This document shows, piece by piece, positions 25,501-40,269 of a stretch of DNA of 64,000 bases. The first letter of the stretch is position 1; each line of letters opens with the position of its first letter. The position numbers and the translations under genes are program-made. The notes beneath the pieces were generated by a model that saw only the letters and a list, made by a program, of their open reading frames with translations, had not been told where the DNA came from and did not search any database. This DNA comes from Haliotis cracherodii (taxonomy: Eukaryota): positions 14,694,001-14,758,000 of the forward strand of contig NW_027266341.1 in assembly GCF_022045235.1 (NCBI RefSeq). Reading direction: 5' to 3'.

Positions 25501-26774
25501 CTTCACGGGTCTGATATACCATGCATAAGAATATATTATGAATAAGGATAAAATGTACAGTACTCATCTCTTCATGTCAGTGGTAACACGTATGTAAGAA
25601 CATATTACAAAATATGACATGGGCATGCGTGCTAAAATGTGATTGGTTGAAAACAGTTAAACGAAAAAGGTTAACAGGCAATCTGAGCAAATAATTCAAA
25701 ACGTACTTTGTCTGCTGACTTAAATACAAACCATATACATCGAAATATGAGTTCTTTATACCGTGATTACACAGCGACAATGTCTGAATTTCACACATTT
25801 CAGCGATAACAATGTATGGGCTGGAAATGACTATATACGGCGGACTATTTTACTACCCTTTAAATACGCAAATACGTGTGCAGGAACCAAAATATAAGGT
25901 ACCGTTTTATTCAACAATTCATTGTGTTCTCTTTAATCAGCGATTTTCAATCACATAAAATGTCTTGAAACACCTAAAAAATGAATGTCACGGTTAAGAA
26001 AAGTAAAACATGTTTATCAAATTCTTCTTGAATATATTTAGTTATTCGTGTCAAAATAAATTCCAGGCTCATACATACGCGAAGGGTTGTGGTGAGACTT
26101 GAATGTCAAGAAAATTTGTCCCGCAATACTAGAAACTATACCTGCAGGACACAGCAGATTTGCCTTATATTAAAACATTAATATCATACCATTACCTTGA
26201 AAAGTCATGTCTCATATCAGTTTAGTAATGAAAGTCTATTACTCCACGTCGTGAATACATTGTGCTACAGGCCCGTTGCCCCCTAAGTATGGGCATAAAT
26301 AAATAATTGATCAGTTTCGTATGTTTTGGAGGACATTTTCATATGAGAAAAATGAAGGCATGTACCAATAATGTTTGCTCTTTATACTAAAACAGATACA
26401 ATGAAACCTATAGGGAAACAAAAGTAGACCTTTAACAGCGATGAAGTCTTATACATGGTTAATTTAAAATATTATTATTGAGTAAAATATATTCAACTTG
26501 TTAACAAACTACGAATTCCTTATGTCACATAAAGTCAGCCCTGTTCTTAATCTATCAAGTCGTGCATGAATACAGCGAATCTAAAAATAGAACTAGGCAG
26601 GTCGGATCTTATTATTATGTTTTTATACGGGTGTATAAGCAGAATATATTATCTTACAAAAGGTCACCATGTTATTAATATATCAAATCGTAGTCCTTCA
26701 TAATCTGAAAATAGAACTAGAGACGTTTTCGCTTGATCATTATGTCTTGTCGGGCTTTGAGACGCAACTGCACG

Positions 26775-26964
26775 CATGACTAACCTATTCAATGAGCGTT
26801 GACGTGACAGACTAAAAATAACTCCTAGGGCGCGCACCATCAATAAAGTCGAGTGCTACCCGGATGTCACAACCAGAAGTCAAATGCTACCCGGATGTCA
26901 CAACCAGGAAGTTTCCCAGCCATTGGTGGAATCCTTCTCTTGGGTGGTTCCATAGACTATATAA
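26775..26964 (+). promoter_or_regulatory. Proximal promoter of copy 2 (duplicated ETS block, CRE-like, kB-like, TATA)
   Basis: TGACTAA, TGACGTGA, two copies of TGCTACCCGGATGTCACAACCAG, GGAAGTTTCCC, TATATAA. Confidence 0.55.
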
Positions 26965-27063
26965 GATGCAGGGAGGACGAAGCAGCAAACGTCTCCAAGA
27001 CTGCTAGACAACTCAACCGTAAGCTGACGCGTCTACATCCACCAACCAGCCAGGATCATCAAG

Positions 27064-29249
27064 ATGAATCTCAAAATGGTAAGTCAAATTTGTTTGGTTT
27101 TCATTTTGCATTGAGTTGTATTATAGCATCATAGCATTGTAAAAATTCGCTTCGAAAGAAATATTTTTCAAGAATTTAGTCAACATTGTACAATTGTCAT
27201 GTCGCATTGACTTGACACGTTTAGATGAAATAGTTGTGACACATATGATTGATTAAAGTAGGAATTTGGCAAATGTAAAAGGTTGCAAATATCCTAAATT
27301 GGTATTTTTACTTTTTTTAGACACAACCTTGAGAAAACGTTAAATCAGTTAATATTCCAGAAATGTGTGATAAAATTACAGTAATTTAAACCTGAACGCG
27401 TCTAATGCATGTCTAATATTTCAATAAGTTTCTTAAAACGTTAAATAATGGTTTCGGTACATATTCGAATTTGATTTTATTTCATTACCTATTTTCAGAT
27501 TATCTACCTATTCAGTGCATGTGTACTGATCAGTGCTGTGGCTGGACAATGCCCGGCTCCTGATGACAATGCATTGAATTTGGAGCCCAACACCACCCTA
27601 GCTGTCATACGGTCATACGCCTCTCTCAGGTGAGTTCATGATTGGAAATACTACAGCAATGATGACACCAGGTTTTCGCTTAACTCTGCGCGTCCTACAT
27701 CATAACGTATCCACGAGTGACATAAGTTCTTGTAACAGTGTTATTTTAATACTTTGAAGAATTAACAAAGTAAAGCATAGAAAATGAAGTCTTTGAAAGG
27801 CATTTTGAAGTGATACACATAAGGTGAGTTCATGATTGGAAATACTATAGCAATGACACCAGGTGTTCGCTTAACTTTGCGATCTAACATCGATTGACAT
27901 AAGTTGTTTTAACAGTGTTACTTCAATATTTTGAAGAATAAAACAAATTCAAAATCGAAAATGAAACCTACATGAATTACTAAACTGCCTGACAAATGAA
28001 AGTATACACCTTTGTTTGATGGTGGCTGACCATAAAACAAACCCAATAAATGGTTACTAGTATTCGATGGTGATGTATTTGATACGTGTGTCATAGTTGT
28101 GTTTTGAAACTTAAGTTTGCAATGTGTCAGGGACTATTTTCAGCTGAGTAACGTTTTGATAATGTTTGTAATTACTTTTAGATCCGTGTATACTTCTTTT
28201 GCCCCACAGTTTATTTATATAAAGTCATCCTGTATTTCCAGACGACGTATATCAGCGTCTGCAACAGATCGACAGAGCCAGATGTTTCTCAGTGGTCTTG
28301 AGAACAGCAAATGCGCGGAGCCCAGGACAGTCCCTGAAGACAATCCCGACATCATATCAAGGTATACAAATAATACATATAAATGAAGAATAAATATAAT
28401 TATCATGAATGAATTACATTTATGATGCTGACAAATGAATCATTACCTATCATTAATTGTTCATGATTTATTGTTTGGTTCTAGTCCCTTTTCTCGATTC
28501 CTGCAGGTCGAATTCCAAGCCGCTGTTTGAGGTCAGTCTCGCCGCCAGTGCATGTGAGCCATGTCCCCCAAAGGTTAATTTCCTCGGTCGCTTCTACGGC
28601 AGCTGCTACGTCATCAAACCCAGCGAGCAGCAAGTCAGATACGTCTCCTGCGGGTGAGTTTACACTGGATCGTTAAACTACAGCCAGCTGACATACATAT
28701 TTGTCACTTCCAATATGGCGGCTGTTTGTTTGCAAAATGTCGCTTCTTTGAAGAATCGAATTTTTGAAAGATTGCTCTTGATACGAATGACTTCATAAGA
28801 ATCCTAGCTGGAATTGTGGAATACAAATAGCGAATACTAGTATACTCCAGACCAATATTGATCCAAATGTCATTGATAGCCGTGAAAAATTCAGCGCGGT
28901 TACCGATAGTTTCAGCCCGTGTTTAAAGACATCTTTCGATTTGTGTTTGATTATTTGTTGTTTAACGCCGCACTCAGCAATATGCCAGCTACATGACGGC
29001 GGTCTTTTGATTTTAAACTAAATGTTCTTAATGATATTGAGATCCGGAGACTGTGCCGGCCATTCCGTCACATTGACATTATTGTTTTCACAGCGCGTGC
29101 CCGCTGAACGGGAGCATTGTCATCCTTGAATGTGTACGCTTTGTTGGTTAAAACAGGCCAGAGATTATTTTCAAGAATGTCAATACATTTCAGAGGATAT
29201 TATATTGCCTCAGTGTTTCGACACCTTCATAACAAACTCCCCCCCCCCC

Positions 29250-29280
<31 letters not shown>

Positions 29281-30866
29281 ACACAGCATAACAGATACTA
29301 CTTCCTTTTCGGGCACACGAGATGGTGACTGTTGGTTTCATTGTCCTTCCTCCAAATGAAAACTCGGTCGTTGGAACCAACCACAACCTGGCACCACCAT
29401 ATTCTTCATCATCTGCGATAGCTCATACCTAACAGTTTCTCTCTGGACAGTGACCGCCTCCGTGGTCTAGTGGTAGAGCGTCCGCCCGGAGAGCGGAAGG
29501 TTAGGGGTTCGATCCCCGACCGCGTCATACCAAAAGACGTTAAAAGATGGTACTTGTTGTTACCCTGTCTGGCGCTCGGCATTAAGGGGCTAAAACAAGG
29601 ACTGGTCAGCTCGGAGTCAGTATACTGTGTCTGAGTGGGGTATTCATGTTAAACTGCGGCATGGTATCTCAGTGAGCTAGCACTATAAATCGGCATCAGT
29701 CTGGACTAGTACAAGCAGCCACACAAACACACACACGTACATGCACGTCGCTATATAAGAAGGGGCGGTCGGGTAGCCTAGTGGTTAAAGCCTTCGCTCG
29801 TCACGCCGAAGACCCGGGTTCGATTCCCGACATGGGTACAATGTGTGAGGCCCATTTCTGGTGTCTCCCGCCGTGATATTGCTGGAATATTGCTAATAGC
29901 GGCGTAAAAGCATACTCACTCCACTCGCTATATATCTTGGACGCGACGTTAAACCCAATTTCACCTCACCTCTCTGGACAGTCTTTTGACAAAAATGTAC
30001 TTCATTTCCCTCATTAATTATATTAGTCATTCCTTGCAAAGTTGTTTTTCTGTTTCCTTTCACTACCTGTGACATTCCGTCTCATCTCTAATGCTAAAAG
30101 ATTTCCTCCGCCAAATTCGTTCCAAATTTTCTACCGAACCGGCCATAATTTCTAGTAATACTGTTGATGGTTGTCCTAGGTATGCCGAATATTATTATTG
30201 CCAACACTTAGGGGTTTCCAGTGTGTTTTGATACTTTTACAATATTTTCTCGCGGCCCACTGCACAATTCAAGTGATATGGAACCTATAAATCCCGCGGC
30301 TGACGGTGCAATAACTGAGACAAGCAGACGACATAAGATGGCTGTCACGTGACTCGCACGTTCCGTACAGAGCACACGTGATTCAGCTGGGATGTCCTCG
30401 CGCTTCGTGTTTCGTCACATGTTTTGCAAAGCGACGAATATCTAAGTCCAGTAACTATAGCTCAAATATTTACAGATGGGTAAAGTGATTTGTTTGAAAA
30501 TAGAGTTTGCTCTAGGGAAAATATAAGTTGACATGACGTATTACTGAAATATGAATCGTCCGCTGGACATGCTGGATGTCCTGAAGAAAGAGTGAAAAAA
30601 GTTAAATTGTGCGGCTCCTCCTTTCAAAGAAAATACATGCGTGTTTCCAGGCAATTATCTGTAAGTTTGATTTAAACTGATGCTTTTCTCTCCACAGCAA
30701 AACATGCAAGCAGCCGTGCATGTGTTCCCGGAGCTACTGCCAGAGAACTCACTACACCAAGGTCTGGTTCCTATCTTACTGTACAAGAAGGATCGGCGGT
30801 TTCCAGAGCGGTTTGAACTTCCGTTTCCTGTGGCTCCCACAAGACTGTGCGTGCAGAAACTATTAA
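27064..30866 (+). CDS. Spaetzle-like cystine-knot prepro-protein, copy 2 (193 aa)
   Basis: Exons 27064-27078, 27499-27629, 28242-28361, 28507-28653, 30698-30866. Same exon lengths and splice sites as copy 1, open frame. Differences include AASAC (vs AVSEC), PPKV and TRRIG. Confidence 0.85.
28681..30457 (-). mobile_element. Same Tc1 relic in intron 4 of copy 2
   Basis: Same insertion site and TIRs; retains ILENNLWPV..FKDDNAPVQRAR..WPAQSPDLNII. Confidence 0.85.
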
Positions 30867-33800
30867 CTCAATGGTTGACCTCGGCCTCAAGAGTTATTGG
30901 TTCAATGGCATTTCTCCGTAACAGCAAGCTGACTTAATGTTACAGAACTCCTATTTGTTTATAAAACATTTTCCGTGTGTGTGAAAATATGTCATGATCA
31001 ACTTATTGGTGTATATATCTGACTATAGAAAAGCACTTTTCCTATATATGCATCTTGATGCATCTGTTCCACAGCATATCATTTTCAGCAGGCATTTTTA
31101 CATGGTTTACAAATTACGCCATTCCAAAATGTTGAGAAGTTTTGGAAATCTAATATTTTTCTTTCCTTCGATGTTGGAATGTCGGCCATAAAAAAATCAC
31201 ACACATCAAATTTGGCCAATAACAGAATGAAAGACAGAATTTGTTGTTTTCATTGATATTGTTACAAGTGTTGATTTGATGTTACAATCATATTATTATT
31301 TTGTAAAATGTAGTCAGTTCAGTTTGGTGTGTCATAAAAGAGAAAAAGATTATTCTTGTTTGTGTTTTCTTCGTTTAAAATACAAGTTTGCAGACGACTA
31401 TATAATATACCTGGCTCACTTGAATATATATGTTTTGTCTGTGTATATTCACGGGTTGTTCAAGGAAGCCAGGTATATTATACAGGAGTTCTTTTGTTTA
31501 TGAATCACGATCGAATAGTGTCGTTAGCATGTGTTTATGAAAAGGTGATCGCATCCTGTCTCACCGCTGACACTATCACAAACACACGCAAAGGCAAGTC
31601 AATTGTTCACTGAAAAGAAACACTTGAATGAGTGAGTTGGGTTCAATGCCGTTTTTAACAGTATTCCAGTTACATTGCGGTGTGTCAGCTTAATGTGGGA
31701 GGAAAGCCCCAAGTGATGCAGGTCTCAGACGTTTACCACTTGGGTGAAACCCACGAGCACGGGTTTGGTGCTGACATACCTAAAAACATAATCGGGGCGA
31801 ACCGAGAATCGAACCCACAATCAGAGGTTTCTTGCGTTTTCAAGCGAGGCAACTCTGCACAGCGAATCATGGCGCCTTAGACGACTGGGCCACGCGTGCC
31901 CCCAGAAACACTTGAACATACGGTACAAGTTAGAATAGTAAATTACATCGGACATCATTTTTTGTCACTGATGCGTCAATTTGGATATGTCCTCAACATA
32001 AGTCATCCCTCATGCCATACAGTCTTCATCTTCCCGAGGCATGGAGTTGACTGACTTTAAAAGTCCAGTTTCCACCCTTGCCGAACTAGGCTTGAATTTG
32101 TGGGCTCGATCGTAGCACCACCATTTCCAAGGACACATTGCACTTTGGGGAATTCACAGATACAGATGTGTCAAGTGTATTATCATATATACAATATATA
32201 CAGTATTTTATGTTTACTATGACAAATATTTGTTGTTGTAAATGATGAATGAGAAATGGAAAAAAAGCACTCCGAGTAGCATTATTTTCGTTTCTCGAAA
32301 TAAGAAAATTCAATGTTTATCCATGTTTATTAAATGCCGCTGTTGTCAATGCAGGAAGACCGGATTCATCACGATTCAAACTTCGGCATCCCGTGGGATA
32401 GAGAATATAACAAGTATATTACAAATAATTAAATTTGGAAAAGTAGGTAATGAGTAGTCAGTGGTTGGGGAAAAAGTGATAAATTGGAAATGATTTGTAG
32501 AAACGTTTTTATGTATTTAGACCCCATCGAGAAGGTTAGACTTGATCAAGTAGCTGCCTAGCTAGAGAAAAATTGTTCGACATTTTTCTTACGTGTGTCT
32601 AAATCAACTATGTTTGCAACAAATCAACGCTCTTTGTTTAATTCCGGTAAGTTAAAACTTCCTAATTTGCCTGGCGATCACGTGTCTCTGTAAGGCTCTG
32701 ATTGGCTCGCTGGCCAAATGAACTCACTGTAACTTCATTATAATGCTTCTTTGTGTCTATGTCAACTGTTATAGTAACCCGGCCAGTGGGCTCTGTCCAG
32801 CCGTGCAGCTCGTGTTTATCTCGCTGAATATTTCCAGAGACGAGTCAGTGTCTGTGGCGAAGTGCACAGGTTCATTCGGAAGATGGTGACCAACTGATAT
32901 TTCACAAATCCCCATTTGGGACGTCGAGCGTTTCTCGAAATCATGCACGCAGATGTCTTGCTTAATCCGGATAAAGAGTCAGCAAAAAGTAAATGATTCA
33001 GAGTTAAACAAATTAGATGTGTTATTACATTGTCTGCATGAGCGTACACATTGATTTACATCCCAGTTTATGTCATTATGTTTTATTACAATATCCATAA
33101 ACAAATACAGACTCAAACTGTGAAGGTGTATACATTTAGCTGGTCCGTCGTGGGAGAGACTTTCTGCGTAAAGTTGAATGTCAATACCCATGTCTTTCTG
33201 TATGCTGTCAGTGTTCAGGTGAGGTAAGTGCGTTCTTAGTGTCAGGCGGATAAAAGGCATACAATAAAATTGAAGGGTTATGCACATAGGTCGGACCATT
33301 TCAAGTGTAAATAAAAAGACATCACTTTCAGATATAAATCGTTTTTCAATCATTGAAACATCCACTGAGAAAGGTACAGTCTCGATGGACGAGGTTTTAC
33401 GGTACAGCAAACAACTTCAAAACACTATATCTTGGCCAAATAAACCTTTCATAGAAAGTTGAATACACTCATTGTAATGTAACAGTCTTGTGATATTTAC
33501 CTAATTTTATCTACCGTGCATGAATGTAAGAAAATCTGAGATATGTTAAGTAATAATACAAGAGCTGTTAAACCATAGTTTTTAATGTACCGAGCTGTGG
33601 TGCCCTATAATATACGGTGGGTCTATGGTCTACATCAGTACTGAATGTAAAGTTTACAGAAATAGAACACAGTGATTCTGCTTTCTGTCCACTCGTGAAC
33701 AAAAGAGAAGTTAACTGTTTATGGTAAGCCTGGTAAGCCTTGAGTGGGTGTGCCAGCTGTAGGTGAGGACATGTTCTTTATCAGAACACATGATATGAAA

Positions 33801-36375
33801 GTGTCTCAAACATGCAGACACCTTTCAAAACAGCATTTTCTCCCATTATCACACAGCACCGAGTCACAAAGCCTGGCTGCCCTATCCTCAAAGTCAACTT
33901 TACGGCATTGTGAACCACAAAACAGGGGGACCTTATGATGAAAGCTTCATTGAAGAGTATTCCTGTGGTATCACGGCGTAGCTTAGGCGTTTACCGGTTT
34001 AGAGAAATCTACGACGATGGGTATTGTTATGACAAACCAAGGATCATAATCAGAGCGAAACGAAAAGTAGAACTTAGGAACTCGCCTAGAGATGCAAATT
34101 AGACTAAGACGACAGGGCCACGCGAATCTCCTTATTCACATTGTGTATATATGTTTACAAATATGTCTTAAAAGTTAATTTGTTAAGAACATGTAATATT
34201 AAGTTTCGCCTGGGCATAAAAAGATTGTTCCTTTTATCTGTTAACATAGAAACTGCTAATAAACACAAAATGACACTTTGACAATGTTCAGTACATATAG
34301 GTGCATTTTCAACCCTTGGGGTTATATGTTTTGTTGTTTGTTGTTTAACGCCGCACTCAGCAATATTTCAGCTATATGATGGGTGTCTGTCAATAATCGA
34401 GTCTGAACCAGTGATTGACACCATGAGCATCAATCCACGCAATTGGTGATACAATGACATGCATCAACCAAGTCAGCGAGCCTAACCACCTCATCCCGTT
34501 AGTCGCCTCTTTCAGCAAGCAAAGTCACCTTTTTCGGCAAGCACGGGTTGCTGAAGACCTATTCTACCCCGACACTTCACGGGTCTGGCGCTATGTGTAT
34601 AGGAAGTTAAGGTATTGGTTGTACAGATTGACATCTCGTTAAAATATGTCTAAATAGCATTTGAAATATACGAGTATGATAGAGAGTAATTCTGTATACA
34701 GATATTGTTATGGAGAAGCACAGAGGACTTGTTGGATAAATACAAACATATGAATGTAGTTCTAATGTTTGGTCATGAGATACTTTTGTTGGTTGGTTGG
34801 TTTGTTGTTTTACGCCGCACTCAGCAATATTCCAGCTATATGACGGCGGTCTGTAAATAATCGAGTCTGGACCAGACAATCCAGTGATTGACACCATGAG
34901 AATCGATCCACGCCATTGGGATCGATGACATCGCTGACTTGGTTGATGCATGTCGTCGTATCCATATTGCGTCAACCAAGTCAGCAACCCTGACCACCCA
35001 ATTCCGCTAGTCGCCTCTTACGACAAACATAGTTGCCTTTTACGGCAAGCATGGATTGCTGAAGATCTATTCTACCCCGGATCTTCACGGGTCTGATATA
35101 CCATGAATAAGAATATACTATGAATAAGGATAAAATGTACAGTACTCATCTCTTAGCGTGTCAGTGGTAACACGTATGTAAGAACATATTACAAAATATG
35201 ACATGGGCATGCGTGCTAAAATGTGATTGGTTGAAAACAGTTAAACGAAAAAGGTTAACAGGCAATCTGAGCAAATAATTCAAAACGTACTTTGTCTGCT
35301 GACTTAAATACAAACCATATACATCGAAATATGAGTTCTTAATACCGTGATTACACAGCGACAATGTCTCAATTTCACACATTTCAGCAATAACAATGTA
35401 TGTGCTGGAAATGACTATATACGGCGGACTATTTTACTACCCTTTAAATACGCAAATACGTGTGCAGGAACCAAAATATAAGGTACCGTTTTATTCAACA
35501 ATTCATTGTGTTCTCTTTAATCAGCGATTTTCAATCACATAAAATGTCTTGAAACACCTAAAAAATGAATGTCACGGTTAAGAAAAGTAAAACATGTTTA
35601 TCAAATTCTTCTTGAATATATTTAGTTATTCGTGTCAAAATAAATTCCAGGCTCATACATACGCGAAGGGTTGTGGTGAGACTTGAATGTCAAGAAAATT
35701 TGTCTAGAATGGAATACCGTCCCGCAATACTAGAAACTACACCTGCAGGACACAGCAGATTTTCCTTATATTAAAACATTAATATCATACCATTACCTTG
35801 AAAAGTCATGTCTCATATCAATTTAGTAATGAAAGTCTATTACTCCACTTCGTGAATACATTGTGCTACAGGCCCGTGGCCCCCTAAGTACGGGCATAAA
35901 TAAATAATTGATCAGTTTCGTATGTTTTGGAGGACATTTTCATATGAGAAAAATGAAGGCATGTACCAATAACGTTTGCTCTTTATACTAAAACAGATAC
36001 AAGGAAACCTATAGGAAAACAAAAGTAGACCTTTAACAGCGATGAAGTCTTATACATGGGTAATTTAAAATATTATTATTGAGTAAAATATATTCAACTT
36101 GTTAACAAACTACGAATTCCTTATGTCACATCAAGTCAGCCCTGTTCTAAATCTATCAAGTCGTGCACGAATACAGCGAATCTAAAAATAGAACTAGGCA
36201 GGTCGGATCTTATTATTATGTTTTTATACGGGTGTATAAGCAGAATACATTATTTCACAAAAGGTCACCATGTTATTAATATATCAAATCGTAGTCCTTC
36301 ATAATCTAAAAATAGAACTAGAGACGTTTTCGCTTGATCATTATGTCTTGTTGGGCTTTGGGATGCAACTGCGCG

Positions 36376-36565
36376 CATGACGAACCTATTCAATGAGCGT
36401 TGACGTGACAGACTAAAAATAACTCCTAGGGCGCGCACCATCAATAAAGTCGAGTGCTACCCGGATGTCACAACCAGAAGTCAAATGCTACCCGGATGTC
36501 ACAACCAGGAAGTTTCCCAGCCATTGGTGGAATCCTTCTCTTGGGTGGTTCCATAGACTATATAA
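36376..36565 (+). promoter_or_regulatory. Proximal promoter of copy 3
   Basis: Near-identical to the copy 2 promoter; the AP-1-like site reads TGACGAA. Confidence 0.55.
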
Positions 36566-36664
36566 GATGTAGGGAGGACGAAGCAGCAAACGTCTCCAAG
36601 ACTGCAAGACAACTCAACCGTAAGCTGACGCGTCTACATCCACCAACCAGCCAGGATCATCAAG

Positions 36665-39600
36665 ATGAATCTCAAAATGGTAAGTCAAATTTGTTTGGTT
36701 TTCATTTTGCATTGAGTTGTATTATAGCATCATAGCATTGTAAAAATTCGCTTCGAAAGAAATATTTTTCAAGAATTTAGTCAACATTGTACAATTGTCA
36801 TGTCGCATTGACTTGGCACGTTTAGATGAAATTGTTGTGACACATATGATTGATTAAAGTAGGAATTTGGCAAATGTAAAAGGTTGCAAATATCCTAAAT
36901 TGGTATTTTTACTTTTTTTAGACCTTGAGAAAACGTTAAATCAGTTAATATTCCAGAAATGTGTGATAAAATTACATTAATTTAAACCTGAACGCGTCTA
37001 ATGCATGTCTAATATTTCAATAAGTTTCTTAATACGGTAAATAATGATTTCGGTACATATTCGAATTTGATTTGATTTCATTACCTATTTTCAGATTGTC
37101 TACCTATTCAGTGCATGTGTACTGATCGGTGCTGTGGCTGGACAATGCCCGGCTCCTGATGACAATGCATTGACTTTGGAGCCCAACACCACCCTAGCTG
37201 TCATACGGTCATACGCTTCTCTCAGGTGAGTTCATGATTGGAAAAACTACAGCAATGATGACACCTGGTGTTCGCTTAACTTTGCGATCTAACATCGATT
37301 GACATAAGTTGTTTTAACAGTGTTACTGCAATATTTTGAAGAATAAAACAAATTCAAAATCGAAAATGAAACCTACATGAATTACTAAACTGCCTGACAA
37401 ATGAAAGTATACACCTTTGTTTGATGGTGGCTGACCATAAAACAAACCCAATAAATGGTTACTAGTATTCGATGGTGATGTATTTGATACGTGTGTCATA
37501 GTTGTGTTTGGGAACTTAAGTTTGCAATGTGTCAGGGACTATTTTCAGCTGAGTAACGTTTTGATAACGTTTGTAATTACTTTTAGATCCGTGTATACTT
37601 CTTTTGCCCCACAGTTTATTTATATAAAGTCATCCTGTATTTCCAGACGACGTATATCAGCGTCTGCAACAGATCGACAGAGCCAGATGTTTCTCAGTGG
37701 TCTTGAGAACAGCAAATGCGCGGAGCCCAGGACAGTCCCTGAAGACAATCCCGACATCATATCAAGGTATACAAATAATACATATAAATGAAGAATAAAT
37801 ATAATTATCATGAATGAATTACATTTATGACCCTGACGAATGAATCATTACCTATCATTAATTGTTCATGATTTATTGTTTGGTTCGAGTCCCTTTTCTC
37901 GATTCCTGCAGGTCGAATTCCAAGCCGCTGTTTGAGGTCAGTCTCGCCGCCAGTGCATGTGAGCCATGTCCCCCAAAGGTTAATTTCCTCGGCCGCTTCT
38001 ACGGCAGCTGCTACGTCATCAAACCCAGCGAGCAGCAAGTCAGATACGTCTCCTGCGGGTGAGTTTACACGGGATCGTCAAACTACAGCCAGCTGACATA
38101 AATATTTGTTACTTCCAATATGGCGGCTGTTTGTTTGCAAAATATCGCTTCTTTGAAGAATCAAATTTTGAAAGAAATTTTTAATGGCCTAACTTGGTCA
38201 GATTGCTCTTGATACGAATGACTTCATAAGAATCCTAGCTGGAATTGCGGAATACAAATAGCGAATACTAGTATACTCCAGACCAATATTGATCCAAATG
38301 TCATTGATAGCCGTGAAAAATTCAGCGCGGTTACCGATAGTTTAAGCCCGTGTTTAAAGACATCTTTCGATTTGTGTTTGATTATTTGTTGTTTAACGCC
38401 GCACTCAGCAATATGCCAGCTACATGACGGCGGTCTTTTGATTTTTAACTAAATGTTCTCAATGATATTGAGATCCGGAGACTGTGCCGGCCATTCCGTC
38501 ACATTGAAATTATTGTTTTCACAGCGCGTGCCCGCTGAACGGGAGCATTGTCATCCTTGAATGTGTACGCTTTGTTGGTTAAAACAGGCCAGAGATTATT
38601 TTCAAGAATGTCAATACATTTCAGAGGAGATTATATTGCCTCAGTGTTTCGACACCTTCATAACAAACTCACCCACACAGCACAGCATAACAGATAACCT
38701 TCCTTTTCGGGCACACGAGATGGTGACTGTTGATTTCATTGTCCTTCCTCCAAATGAAAACTCGGTCGTTGGAACCAACCACAACCTGGCACCACCATCT
38801 TCTTCGTCATCTGCGATAGCTCTTACCTAACAGTTTCTCTCTGGACAGTGACCGCCTCCGTGGTCTAGTGGTAGAGCGTCCGCCCGGAGAGCGGAAGGTC
38901 CGGGGTTTGATCCCCGACCGCGTCATACCAAAAGACGTTAAAAGATGGTACTTGTTGTTACCCTGTCTGGCGCTCGGCATTAAGGGGCTAAAACAAGGAC
39001 TGGTCAGCTCGGAGTCAGTATACTGTGTCTGAGTGGGGTATTCATGTTAAACTGCGGCATGGTATCTCAGTGAGCTAGCACTATAAATCGGCATCAGTCC
39101 GGACTAGTACAAGCAGCCACACAAACACACACACGTACATGCACGTCGCTATATAAGAAGGGGCAGTCGGGTAGCCTAGTGGTTAAAGCCTTCGCTCGTC
39201 ACGCCGAAGACCCGGGTTCGATTCCCGACATGGGTACAATGTGTGAAGCCCATTTCTGGTGTCCCCCGCCGTGATATTGCTGGAATATTGCTAATAGCGG
39301 CGTAAAACCATACTCACTCAACTCGCTATATATCTTGGACGCGACGTTAAACCCAATTTCACCTCACCTCTCTGGACAGTCTTTTGACAAAAATGTACTT
39401 CATTTCCCTCATTAATTATATTAGTCATTCCTTGCAAAGTTGTTTTTCTGTTTCCTTTCACTACCTGTGACATTCCGTCTCATCGCTAATGCTAAAAGAT
39501 TTCCTCCGCCAAATTCGTTCCAAATTTTCTATCGAACCGGCCATAATTTCTAGTAATACTGTTGATGGTTGTCCTAGGTATGCCGAATATTATTATTGCC

Positions 39601-40269
39601 AACACTTAGGGGTTTCCAGTGTGTTTTGATACTTTTACAATATTTTCTCGCTGCCCACTGCACAATTCAGGTGATATGCAAAAAAAACTATAAATCCCTC
39701 GGCTGACTGTGCAATAACTGAGACAAGCAGACGACATAAGATGGCTGTCACGTGACTCGCACGTTCCGTACAGAGCACACGTGATTCAGCTGGGATGTCC
39801 TCGCGCCTCGTGTTTCGTCACCCGTTTTGCAAAGCAACGAATATTTAAGTCCAGTAACTGTAGCTCAAATATTTGCAGATGGGTAAGGTGATTTGTTTGA
39901 AAAGAGAGTTTGCTCTAGAGAAAATATAATTTGACATGACGTATTGCTGAAATATAAATCGTCCGCTGGACATGCTGGATGTCCTGAAGAAAGAGTGAAA
40001 AATGTTAAATTGTGCGGCTCCTCCTTTCAAAGAAAATACATTCGTGTTTCCAGGCAATTATCTGTAAGTTTGATTTAAGCTGATGCTTTTCTCTCCACAG
40101 CAAAACATGCAAGCAGCCGTGTATGTGTTCCCGGAGCTACTGCCAGAGAACTCACTACACCAAGGTCTGGTTCCTATCTTACTGTACAAGAAGGATCGGC
40201 GGTTTCCAGAGCGGTTTGAACTTTCGGTTCCTGTGGCTCCCACAAGACTGTGCGTGCAGAAACTATTAA
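36665..40269 (+). CDS. Spaetzle-like cystine-knot prepro-protein, copy 3 (193 aa)
   Basis: Exons 36665-36679, 37095-37225, 37647-37766, 37912-38058, 40101-40269. Intact; signal peptide variant IVYLFSACVLIGA, and ALTLEP. Confidence 0.85.
38086..39860 (-). mobile_element. Same Tc1 relic in intron 4 of copy 3
   Basis: Same site, TIRs and transposase remnants. Confidence 0.85.

Noticed and set aside
29239-29285. Poly-C/(CA)n run giving a poly-Pro/TH ORF; also the poly-G run at ~368-387
   Set aside because: Simple-sequence expansions. The poly-C run lies inside the Tc1 relic and is absent from the other copies.
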